Assembly: GCA_963804165.1 (NCBI GenBank)
Contig: CAWDPO010000003.1
Span: 64,001 to 128,000, forward strand
Reading direction: 5' to 3'
Source of the DNA: an uncultured delta proteobacterium
GTDB taxonomy: Bacteria; Desulfobacterota; Binatia; UBA9968
DNA: 64,000 nucleotides
Below, piece after piece: positions 9,636 through 18,629 of the stretch; position 1 is the first letter of the stretch, and each line of letters begins with the position of its first letter. The notes under the pieces were generated by a model. That model was given only the letters and a program-made list of their open reading frames with translations, was not told where the DNA came from and did no database searches. The position numbers and the translations under genes were made by a program.

Positions 9636-10652
9636 ATGAGGAACCACGGCAGCATCCATCTGTTCATTGCCGGGATGATCGTTGGGTTTCTTGATTGTCA
9701 TGCTCCAAACATGTTGGCGGCGCAGGCAAAACCGCTCATCAAAGTCGTCGCCGGCTATGGTTCCACGGACGGCGCCATCGCGCCCTTGTGGTTTGCCAAG
9801 GAAACTAGACTATTCGAAAAGCGCGGCCTCGATGTGCGACTCGTCGGCATGGGGACTGGCGCGGTATCCTTGCGCGCCCTGATCGCCAACGATTTGGAAA
9901 TCGCGTCGCTCTCGGCTTCCGGCCTGGTGCAAGCCGCGCTGCAGGGCGCCGACACGGTCATTCTTTCCGCCGCCATCGACGGCTTTGTCTTCAAAGTTTT
10001 CGGCGCGCCGGAAATTTCCAGTCCGGCGCAGCTCAAAGGCAAGACACTGGGCGTCAGCCGCTACGGCGCCACGTCGGATTTCGCCGTCCGGCTGGCGCTA
10101 AAAAAATGGGGTCTGAATCCTGAACGTGACATTAGCATTCTGCAAATCGGCACAACCCAGGACACGCTCCGCGCCATGCAGACGAAAAGGCTCGACTCCG
10201 GCGTGCTGAGCGGAACGGCGTCGCTGATGGCGCGCAAGGCGGGATTCCGCGAGCTGGGAGATCTGGCGGAACTGGGACTGCACTATCCGATGGCGCCCAT
10301 CGGCACGACGAAATCTTATCTAAAGAAAAACGAAGCGCTCGTGAAGGAATTCATGCTTGCCTATATCGAAGCGATCCGCGATTTCAAGCGCAACAAAGAA
10401 GCCGCGCTCAGGGTTTTGAAAAAATACACGCGCAACGACGATCCCGAGGTGTTGGAAGATAGCTACACTAATTACGCCAACAAGTATTTGGCTTTGCCGA
10501 TTCCAACCGCCGACGGGATACGGACGATACTGGCGGAACTCTCAGCCACGGTACCGGCGGCGAAGAACGCCGATCCGGAACAATTCGTCGCCTACAAGAT
10601 CGCGCGGGAGATCGAAGCGAGCGGGTTTGTCAAGCGGCTTTACGAAAAGTAA
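9636..10652 (+). CDS. ABC transporter substrate-binding protein (NMT1/THI5/SsuA-like), paralog A
   Basis: Signal peptide, LFEKRGLDV, LKGKTLGVSRYGATSD. Confidence 0.9.
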   Translation: MRNHGSIHLFIAGMIVGFLDCHAPNMLAAQAKPLIKVVAGYGSTDGAIAPLWFAKETRLFEKRGLDVRLVGMGTGAVSLRALIANDLEIASLSASGLVQAALQGADTVILSAAIDGFVFKVFGAPEISSPAQLKGKTLGVSRYGATSDFAVRLALKKWGLNPERDISILQIGTTQDTLRAMQTKRLDSGVLSGTASLMARKAGFRELGDLAELGLHYPMAPIGTTKSYLKKNEALVKEFMLAYIEAIRDFKRNKEAALRVLKKYTRNDDPEVLEDSYTNYANKYLALPIPTADGIRTILAELSATVPAAKNADPEQFVAYKIAREIEASGFVKRLYEK

Positions 10653-10683
10653 CAGGCTGTTGAAAAAGGCCCACCTGCTTCGT

Positions 10684-12338
10684 CAGACTGTGTGAAAACT
10701 CCGTTTAGAACCATAGTGACAGAGAATATTGTTCATAAATGGATCGTTCGAATGTAGAATCATCCAACGTTGAGATCAAGGGGATGTTGGATGGGATACA
10801 TTGAGGGAGAAGATCGTAAGCAGACGGTGTTGTTTCCAGAGGTGCTGGACGACTACATCAGTGAGGAAAATCCGGTTCGGTTCATCGATGTATTTATCGA
10901 AGGACTGGACCTTTCGGGGATGGGATTTCAAAAGGCGATCCCGAAGGATACGGGACGGCCGCCGTATGATCCAGGAGATCTTTTACGGCTGTATGTGTAC
11001 GGGTATCTGAATCGGACGCGCTCGAGTCGGCGGTTAGAAACCGAAGCCGGGCGCAACGTGGAGGTGATGTGGCTGATGCGCAAGCTTAGGCCGGACTTTA
11101 AGACGATCGCGGACTTTCGCAAGGATAATGCTCAAGGGATCAAGAAGGTATGTCGAGAGTTCACGCTGTGGTGTAAGCGGCTAGAGCTGTTTGGGAGCGA
11201 GTTGGTGGCCATCGACGGCAGCAAATTTGGAGCGGTTAATAGTCCCAAGCGCAACTTCACAGAAAAAAAGCTTAGGCGGATGATAAAAGAGATCGACGGT
11301 AAGATCGATCAGTATCTTAAGCAATTGGATCAACAGGATAAGCAGGAAGCCGGGCAACGGGGTGTGAGCCCAGAACAGCTCAAGGAGAAGATCGAACAAT
11401 ACAAGGAGCGCCGAGCGCAGTATGAGCAGTTGAAGACCGATCTGGAAGGCAGTGCAGAGAGTCAAATATCATTGACAGATCCGCAGAGCCGCTCGATGCG
11501 TGTAGGGCACGGGGTGGAGGTCAGCTACAACGTGCAGATCGTGGTGGATCACAAGCACAAGTTGGTGGTGGAGCACGAGGTGACCAATGAAGTCACCGAC
11601 CAGGGGCAACTGTCCACGATGGCAAAGAAGGCCCAAGAGACGCTCGGCGTACAGAGTCTAGAGGTAGTGGCCGACCGGGGTTACTACAACGGGGAAGAAC
11701 TGAAAGTCTGCGAGCAGTCCGGGATGACGGTTTACGTGCCTAAGCCCAATAATTCATCGAACCTTAAGCGTGGACTGTTTACTAAAGAGGACTTTATCTA
11801 TGAGCCACAAAAGGACTGCTACAGGTGTCCTGCGGGAAAAGAGCTAAGCTACCGCTTTGACAGTGTGGAACAGGGTCGGGCGGTGCACTCCTACGAGATC
11901 TATGGCTGTAACAGCTGTGAGTTAAAGTCAAAGTGTAGCATCAACAAGAGAGGAAGACGGCGGATCACACGCTGGGTCGATGAAGCGATTTTGGAAGCGA
12001 TGGCCCGGCGAATGACGGAGCATCCCGAGAAGGCAGAGTTACGCAAGTGTCTAGTGGAGCATCCTTTTGGCACCATCAAACGGGCCATGAACCAGGGTTA
12101 CTTTCTGATGCGGGGATTAAGCAAGGTCGGAGCCGAGACGAGTCTGACAATACTGGCATACAACCTCAGGCGAGTGATGAATATTCTCGGAGTAAGGAAA
12201 ATGATGGAGGCCGTTATCTAAGAAGACGGGATCCTCAGCTGAGGAGTCGCGGTTTTAAAGGTGACAGGCGAATTCAATGAGCCGCTCAATCGTCGCCCAC
12301 GCATACGCCGAAAGCTCAAAGAGTTTTCACACAGTCTG
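10684..12338 (+). mobile_element. Complete IS1182-family insertion sequence
   Basis: Perfect 18-bp terminal inverted repeats CAGACTGTGTGAAAACTC (10684-10701 and 12321-12338); 4-bp target duplication TCGT on both sides. Confidence 0.95.
10791..12221 (+). CDS. IS1182-family DDE transposase
   Basis: GRPPYDP, SSRRLE, PDFKTIADFR, AIDGSK, ADRGY, VEHPFGTIK motifs. Confidence 0.95.
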   Translation: MGYIEGEDRKQTVLFPEVLDDYISEENPVRFIDVFIEGLDLSGMGFQKAIPKDTGRPPYDPGDLLRLYVYGYLNRTRSSRRLETEAGRNVEVMWLMRKLRPDFKTIADFRKDNAQGIKKVCREFTLWCKRLELFGSELVAIDGSKFGAVNSPKRNFTEKKLRRMIKEIDGKIDQYLKQLDQQDKQEAGQRGVSPEQLKEKIEQYKERRAQYEQLKTDLEGSAESQISLTDPQSRSMRVGHGVEVSYNVQIVVDHKHKLVVEHEVTNEVTDQGQLSTMAKKAQETLGVQSLEVVADRGYYNGEELKVCEQSGMTVYVPKPNNSSNLKRGLFTKEDFIYEPQKDCYRCPAGKELSYRFDSVEQGRAVHSYEIYGCNSCELKSKCSINKRGRRRITRWVDEAILEAMARRMTEHPEKAELRKCLVEHPFGTIKRAMNQGYFLMRGLSKVGAETSLTILAYNLRRVMNILGVRKMMEAVI

Positions 12339-12491
12339 TCGTTGCGCTCGATCGATTTCGCGTCAACGTACAAGAGTACGCCCGCTCATCGATCTTCGCG
12401 CGCCTCGCATCTGAACCTTTTTGAACAGCCTGGCGTCAGATTTTTTTTCACCTCAAACGGTTATCATCCCAGAAGGGCTCGGGCTCTGCGG

Positions 12492-12552
12492 ATTGACAGC
12501 GGCGGTATCAGCGAATAGTTTCGGCGCAGAAGATCCATGTTAATGCCGAAAA
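12492..12552 (+). promoter_or_regulatory. Sigma70 promoter/operator cassette, copy 2
   Basis: TTGACA (12493)-17 bp-TAGTTT (12516), then TTTCGGCGCAGAAG...TGCCGAAA. Confidence 0.78.
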
Positions 12553-12599
12553 CCTATTGCGATTCTCCTTGAAGTCTATTTCTCCATAATCGAGGAGCG

Positions 12600-13652
12600 A
12601 TGTCGATTCCAAAAATAATCTATCTTTTTAGCTTGGTCCTAATGTGGGCGGCCAACTCTTCTGCGCAGACGCCCAAACCCATGACCATCGCGGAGATCGC
12701 GACCTACATGGGGCCGGATCGCGAGCAACTGCTCTATGCCGGTGCAAAATCGGAAGGAGTGGTCACTTGGTACACGTCCCTCGCCGGCGACTCGTACAAA
12801 GCGCTGGCACGCGCTTTTGAAACGCAATATCCCGGTCTTCGCGTCGAGGCTTTTCGTTCCGGCGGCAACGAGCTCGTGGCGCGAATGTTCGAAGAAGCGA
12901 AGGCGCGCCGGCCGACTTTCGATGGCTTGGAAACCACTTACGATTTCATGATGGTTTCACGGGCGAACAACCTGACCCGCCCGTACAACTCGCCGCTACT
13001 CGCAGCTTACCCGAGCGAAGCGAAAGAGAAAGCGGACAAAGGCCTCATCTTTTGGACGATTTTTCGCGAGTCCTACATGGGCTTTGGCTACAACAAAAAC
13101 CAAGTCTCCTCTGACGCCGTACCGAAAGGCTTCGACGGCTTGCTGCATCCGCAACTCAGGGGGAAGATGGCGATCACGCTCAACGAAAGTTCGGCGCGCA
13201 TGATCGGTGCGATGATCAAGATCAAAGGCGAAGCGTTCGTCAAGAAACTCAAAGCGCAAGACATCCAGGTTTACACCGTGAGCAGCGCCGCACTGGTGGA
13301 TCTCATGGCGTCGGGCGAGCTCGGCGCGTCGCTGCACATCTATCGCAATCATGCGATGGTTTCGGCCGAACGGGGCTCGCCGGTCGGCTGGAGGCCGATG
13401 GAGCTGGTGCCGACCAATTCAGGCTGTATCGCTCTCGCCGCCCAGCCGCCCCATCCGCACGCGGCGGCGTTGTTCAACGATTTTCTGCTCAGTCCCGCGG
13501 CGCGCAAAATCCTCGATAAATTCCAGTACGGCCATCCGTCGAACGAGCTGCCGTTTCAGCGCTGGTATCCCGGCTTCGGCCGTTCCCTGGAACAGTTCGA
13601 GCGCGATAGCGAAAAATGGGCACGTCTCGCCAAGGAGATCAGCCGGCGCTGA
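12600..13652 (+). CDS. Extracellular solute-binding protein (iron/thiamine/polyamine-type ABC SBP)
   Basis: Signal peptide, GAKSEGVVTWYTS, PHPHAAALFNDFLLS. Confidence 0.9.
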   Translation: MSIPKIIYLFSLVLMWAANSSAQTPKPMTIAEIATYMGPDREQLLYAGAKSEGVVTWYTSLAGDSYKALARAFETQYPGLRVEAFRSGGNELVARMFEEAKARRPTFDGLETTYDFMMVSRANNLTRPYNSPLLAAYPSEAKEKADKGLIFWTIFRESYMGFGYNKNQVSSDAVPKGFDGLLHPQLRGKMAITLNESSARMIGAMIKIKGEAFVKKLKAQDIQVYTVSSAALVDLMASGELGASLHIYRNHAMVSAERGSPVGWRPMELVPTNSGCIALAAQPPHPHAAALFNDFLLSPAARKILDKFQYGHPSNELPFQRWYPGFGRSLEQFERDSEKWARLAKEISRR

Positions 13653-13666
13653 CTTGCTCGGTTCAA

Positions 13667-13728
13667 GTTGACAGCAACCGCGCCAGCGCATAGTTTCGGC
13701 GCAGAAGAGTAGTGTTCGCGCCGGCAAA
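13667..13728 (+). promoter_or_regulatory. Sigma70 promoter/operator cassette, copy 3
   Basis: TTGACA (13668)-17 bp-TAGTTT (13691), then CGGCGCAGAA-N8-TTCGCGCCG. Confidence 0.8.
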
Positions 13729-13744
13729 CCTATTCGCAAAATTT

Positions 13745-14799
13745 ATGACTGCGATTCGTCTTGGGCCGCATCTTTATCCGCCGCCGCTTTGTTTTGATGG
13801 CCGCAGTTTGCTGATTGCGGCGCTTGTCTTAATTTTTCTTAGTGCTCATGCTGCAAGCGCGTTAGCGGCGCAGGCAAAACCGCTCGTCAAAGTCGTCACC
13901 GGCTATGGTTCTGCCGACGGCGGGGTCGCGCTATTAGGGTTTGCCAAAGAAACCAAACTATTCGAGAAGCGCGGCCTCGATGTGGTGCTCGTCGGCATGG
14001 GCACCGGATCGGTCTCATTGCGGGCGCTGATTGCCAAAGATCTGGAAATTTCCTCGCTCTCCGGTTCCGGCTTGGTGCAAGCCGCATTGCAGGGGGCCGA
14101 CACAGTCATGATTTCCGCCGCTATCAACGGATTTGTTTTCAAGGTTTTCGGCGCGCCGGAAATTTCCAGCCCGGCGCAACTCAAAGGCAAAAAATTGGGC
14201 GTCAGCCGCTACGGCGCCACGTCGGATTTCGCCGTCCGGCTGGCGCTAAAAAAATGGGGTCTGAATCCCGAGCGCGACGTCAATATTCTGCAAATCGGCA
14301 CGACCCAGGACACGGTCCGCGCCATGCAGACCAAAATGCTCGACGCCGGGGTGCTGAGCGGCACCTCGTCGCTGATCGCGCGCAAAGCGGGATTCCGCGA
14401 ACTGGGAGACCTCGCCGATCTGGGGCTGGATTATCCGACGTCGGCCATCGGCACGACGAAATCCTATCTCCAGAAGAACGAAGGGATCGTGAAAGAATTC
14501 ATGCTCGCCTACATCGAAGCGATCCACGATTTCAAGCGCAATAAAGAAGCCGCGCTGACGGTGTTGAAGAAATATGCGCGCAACGACGACCGCGAGGTGT
14601 TGGAGGATAGCTACAGTAATTCCGCAGGCAAGTATCTGGCTTTGCCGATTCCGACAATCGAGGGGATTCGGACGATACTGACGGAACTTTCAACACGGTA
14701 CCGGCGGCGAAGAACGCCGATCCGGAGCAATTCGTCTCGTACAAGATCGCGCGGGAGATCGAAGCGAGCGGGTTTGTTAAACGGCTCTACGAGAAGTAA
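13745..14799 (+). CDS. ABC substrate-binding protein, paralog B (1-nt deletion near 14692 shifts the C-terminus)
   Basis: Highly similar to 9636-10652; homologous C-terminus TVPAAKNADPEQF...KRLYEK* continues in another frame. Confidence 0.85.
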
Positions 14800-14801
14800 A
14801 G

Positions 14802-15049
14802 TAGGCTGTTGAAAAAGGTTCATCTGCTTCGTCAGACTGTGTGAAAACACCGTCATGGTCGTAAGCTCACCACGAACGGTGGGGACAGGAATTAACTTAT
14901 CCGTTCGCCCTGAGCGTCGAGGACCAGTACCACGGTGTACTGCGTTAGTAAGTGGCCTGCCACTAGCACAGTCGAAGGATCGATTCTCTCGCGCCTCGCA
15001 TCTGAACCTTTTTGAACAGCCTGGTGTGAGGATTTTTCAATACACTGTT
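14802..15049. repeat. Second MITE copy containing a 16-bp IS1182 left end and a nested REP-like hairpin
   Basis: AGGCTGTTGAAAAAGG...CTGCTTCGT|CAGACTGTGTGAAAAC, then GCTCACCACGAACGG...CCGTTCGCCCTGAGC, then GCGCCTCGCATCTGAACCTTTTTGAACAGCCTG. Confidence 0.8.
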
Positions 15050-15138
15050 TACAAACCACTCTTGCCATTGTAAAAGCGCCCAACAACATGACTGGCAAAT
15101 CGTAATGACCGAGGTGTTGTCCGGCGATGGAGGCTAGC

Positions 15139-16212
15139 ATGACGCTTATCAGGCTATTTTCGCGGATTGCGTGCGTATTGGGTTTTTGCTTGTTCGCTTT
15201 GTCGGCGTGGGCTGCAGATTATCCTGCTCCGAATCAAGGTGAGTGGATAGTGCGGGACTTTCGCTTCCACACAGGCGAGGTGTTGCCCGAGTTGAAGTTG
15301 TATTATACGACCGTCGGTGCGCCGTCTGGGGAGCCCGTGCTGATCCTGCATGGATCGACGGGAGCGGGGACAAACATGCTCAACGCTGCCTTCGCCGGGG
15401 AACTTTTCGGGCCGGGACAGCCGCTTGATGCCAATCGCTACTTCATCATCTTGCCGGACGCCCTCGGCGCGGGAAAATCGTCCAAGCCGTCCGATGGCTT
15501 GCGCACGCGCTTCCCGAAATACACCTACGACGACATCGTGCAGGCGCAATATCGATTGGTGACCGAACATCTCGGCGTGCGCCGTCTGCGTCTGGTTCTA
15601 GGAAATTCCGCGGGCGGGATGCAAACGTGGCTGTGGGGCGTGACCTATCCAGACTTTGTGGACGCGCTGCTCCCGCTCGCAGCGCAGCCGGTCGAAGTTG
15701 CGGGACGGAACTGGATAACGCGCCGCATGCTCATCGATTCGATCCGCAACGACCCGGAGTGGAATGGCGGCAACTACACGAAACAGCCGCGCAGCCTGCA
15801 GGCAGCCCAGGTGTACTTCAGTATGGCGACCAGCGGAGGCACGCAGGCGATTTACAAGGCGGCGCCGACGCAGGAAAAGGCCGATCAACTCATCGATCAA
15901 CGCATGAAGGAGACTCGATCTGCCGATGCGAATGATGTTATCTATCAGTACGAAGCTTCCCGCGGCTATAATCCCGCGCCTAAACTGGAGAGCATCAAAG
16001 CTCGACTTCTTGCCATCAATTCAGCGGACGACGAGCGTAATCCTCCCGAGCTAGGAATCCTGGAACGGGAAATCAAGCGCGTTAAACAGAGCCGCTACGT
16101 GCTCATCCCCGGCAGCGAGGAAACGCGCGGCCACGGAACAACCGGGATGGCGAAGTTGTGGAAGCCTTATCTCGCGGAGTTGATGCAACCCGCCGTCCAA
16201 GCGGCAAAATAA
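15139..16212 (+). CDS. Secreted alpha/beta hydrolase of the homoserine O-acetyltransferase (MetX)-like family
   Basis: Signal peptide, LILHGST, LGNSAGG nucleophile elbow, INSADD, RGHGT. Confidence 0.85.
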   Translation: MTLIRLFSRIACVLGFCLFALSAWAADYPAPNQGEWIVRDFRFHTGEVLPELKLYYTTVGAPSGEPVLILHGSTGAGTNMLNAAFAGELFGPGQPLDANRYFIILPDALGAGKSSKPSDGLRTRFPKYTYDDIVQAQYRLVTEHLGVRRLRLVLGNSAGGMQTWLWGVTYPDFVDALLPLAAQPVEVAGRNWITRRMLIDSIRNDPEWNGGNYTKQPRSLQAAQVYFSMATSGGTQAIYKAAPTQEKADQLIDQRMKETRSADANDVIYQYEASRGYNPAPKLESIKARLLAINSADDERNPPELGILEREIKRVKQSRYVLIPGSEETRGHGTTGMAKLWKPYLAELMQPAVQAAK

Positions 16213-16436
16213 TCTCGTCGGTCCCCGATATACTCGTTTCTCTCGGGCACAAGGGCAGCCTTTTTTCCCAATTCGTGATCGTCGCGATCGGGGTCATGAT
16301 CGAGGCTGGATCTATTGCACGCCGTGAAAGCTTTCCGGAAGGGGGTTGTTAATCCGTTACGGATCTCGCAAAAGCTTCAGTAAATCCGCTCGCAGGCGTT
16401 GGTTCTCCGTGAACAGCGGGCTCGCTGCTGTTTCAT

Positions 16437-16496
16437 GTTGACAGCAAGCGCGTCAACGCATACTTTCGACACAGAACAACAATGTCTACGCCGGCA
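16437..16496 (+). promoter_or_regulatory. Sigma70 promoter/operator cassette, copy 4
   Basis: TTGACA (16438)-17 bp-TACTTT (16461); perfect GTTGAC-N9-GTCAAC inverted repeat. Confidence 0.78.
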
Positions 16497-16522
16497 CACT
16501 TGCCGGCGGTACAGGAGGCGCA

Positions 16523-18205
16523 ATGCCATACGACCTGATTCTCAAGAACGGCAAAGTGATTGACGGTTCCGGGCTGCCAGGCTTTCACGGCGACGTCGCC
16601 GTCAGCGGCGGGCGGATCGTCGAGATTGGCAAGGTGAGTGGAGAGGCGCGCCAGGTGCTGAATGCCGATGGCTTGGTGGTCGCTCCCGGTATCATCGACA
16701 ACCACACGCACTACGATGCCCAGGTCACCTGGGATCCGCTCTGTACCTACTCTTGCTATCACGGCATTACCACGGTCGTCATGGGCAACTGTTCTCTGGC
16801 GATGGCTCCGGCGCATAAGGAAGATCGTGAGATGCTTTCGGGGGTCTTGTCGCACGTGGAGGCGATTCCGTTGGAAGCGATCCAGGCGGGGGTCAAGTGG
16901 TCCTGGGAAACAATTCCCGAGTATCTCAACGCCCTGGACCAACGGTTAGGCATAAACGTCGCCGCCCTGATCGGCCACTCGGCGGTGCGTCGCTACGTGA
17001 TGGGCGAAGCGTCGCAGGAACGGCACGCGACCAATGATGAGGTAACAGCGATGAAGGCGATCGTCCGCGAAGGCTTAGAGGCCGGCGCCGTGGGCATTTC
17101 CTTCGAGCGCAATCTGCGCCATTTCGATTGGAATGGCCGGCTGGCGCCGACCAATCTCGCTTCGGATGAAGAGATTTTCGCCGTCGCGGGCGTGGCCGAC
17201 GAGGTGGGGCGCGGCGTGATCCAGTTTGGCGGTGACCGCAGTATCAGCACGAAGCTAGCCAAGGCCAGCCGCCGGCCGGTTTTCTACGGCAACATTACCC
17301 AGCAGGCGGTGGCGCCGGACAAGTGGCGTAAGCAGTTAGGAGAAGCCGAGAGCTTGATGCGGCAGGGACATCGCGGCTACCAGTTTGTCATGCCGCGGCC
17401 CGGCGACCTGCGTTACACGCTGAGGACCGCGCAACACTTCGACGCCATGGCTACCTGGAAAAACGTCATGTTGCTGCCTCACAACCTGCGCACACAAGCC
17501 TTCCGCGACCCGGAGACGCGCGCCAAATTGCATCGGGAGGCCGTCGAGACGCCGATGGATACCAACCGCGCCGGCGATTTTACGCGCCGATGGGATTTGC
17601 AGTTTGTATTCAAGCCGGCGCTGGCGAAGAACCAGCACCTCACGGGCAAGAGCGTGGCCGAGATCGCGCGAGAACAAAATAAAGATGTGCTCGACGCGTT
17701 CCTCGACCTGGCGCTGGAAGAAAATCTGGAAACCGAATTCGAACGGCGCGAAGTCAATAGCGACCAAGCGGCCATGACAGCTTTGCTCACCAGTCCGTAC
17801 ACCGTCATCGGGCAGTCGGACGGCGGCGCGCACGTGGTTTTTCGCACCGACTATAGTTATTCCACCTATCTGCTGTCGCACTGGGTGCGCGAGAAAGAAA
17901 TCATGTCACTGGAGGACGCCATCCGAAAGCTCACCTTCGTGCCGGCATCGCTCTTCGGGTTTTCCGACCGTGGACTGGTGCGGCCCGGCATGGCGGCAGA
18001 TCTGATGGTGTTCGATCCTGCGACCATCAGCCCGCTGGAACCGGGCGAGGCGCACGATTTGCCGGGCGGAGCCAAGCGCCGCAAACAACTCGCTCGGGGA
18101 ATCGAGTGGACCGTGGTGAACGGGCAAGTGCTGATGGAAAAGGGCGAGCACACCGGCGTTTATCCCGGCAAGGTGGCGCGCAGCAGCGGCGCCGCACAAC
18201 AATAG
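16523..18205 (+). CDS. N-acyl-D-amino-acid deacylase family amidohydrolase
   Basis: PGIIDNHTHYD, GNCS, IGHSAVR, SDGGAH, RGLVRPGMAADL. Confidence 0.9.
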   Translation: MPYDLILKNGKVIDGSGLPGFHGDVAVSGGRIVEIGKVSGEARQVLNADGLVVAPGIIDNHTHYDAQVTWDPLCTYSCYHGITTVVMGNCSLAMAPAHKEDREMLSGVLSHVEAIPLEAIQAGVKWSWETIPEYLNALDQRLGINVAALIGHSAVRRYVMGEASQERHATNDEVTAMKAIVREGLEAGAVGISFERNLRHFDWNGRLAPTNLASDEEIFAVAGVADEVGRGVIQFGGDRSISTKLAKASRRPVFYGNITQQAVAPDKWRKQLGEAESLMRQGHRGYQFVMPRPGDLRYTLRTAQHFDAMATWKNVMLLPHNLRTQAFRDPETRAKLHREAVETPMDTNRAGDFTRRWDLQFVFKPALAKNQHLTGKSVAEIAREQNKDVLDAFLDLALEENLETEFERREVNSDQAAMTALLTSPYTVIGQSDGGAHVVFRTDYSYSTYLLSHWVREKEIMSLEDAIRKLTFVPASLFGFSDRGLVRPGMAADLMVFDPATISPLEPGEAHDLPGGAKRRKQLARGIEWTVVNGQVLMEKGEHTGVYPGKVARSSGAAQQ

Positions 18206-18249
18206 CCGCAAGCAGGGTGGTCATTTTTGAATCAGCGCGGGTCTCATTT

Positions 18250-18480
18250 CCCGCAGCTTGCTGCGTAGAGAACTCTTCCAGACATCTTCACGTCCGTCAT
18301 TCCCGAATGCTTCTATCGGCGGTTCGACTGAGCTCACCACAGGCGAGAGCAGAATGGACCCCCGATTAAAACATTCGGGGGTGACGCCTCTGGGATGAAT
18401 GCTCGTCACTACTGATACCCCGCAGTTTGCTGCGGGGTAGTTCATTCACTGCGGCTCTTATTCCGCTCAGCTTGCTGCGA
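18250..18480. repeat. Cluster of nested palindromic repeats
   Basis: CGCAGCTTGCTGCG-type hairpins at 18250, 18416 and 18468 around GTCATTCCCGAATG...CATTCGGGGGTGAC. Confidence 0.7.
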
Positions 18481-18629
18481 ATTCACCACGAAGAACAGCG
18501 CGTAGCAGGGGCGTAACCGAAAACTGGAAGATCTCCTGCGCAAAGGTCGGATGAGAGGAAGTGAATTCGTTTGAATACTGTTATTGTTCTTCCGAACCTG
18601 CCGTGCTTTGCGTTCCCACGGCGACAGCG

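Larger units (their letters stand above)
10653..12432. repeat. MITE-like palindromic element interrupted by IS1182
   Basis: Ends CAGGCTGTTGAAAAAGG and CCTTTTTGAACAGCCTG; second copy at 14802-15023. Confidence 0.8.
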
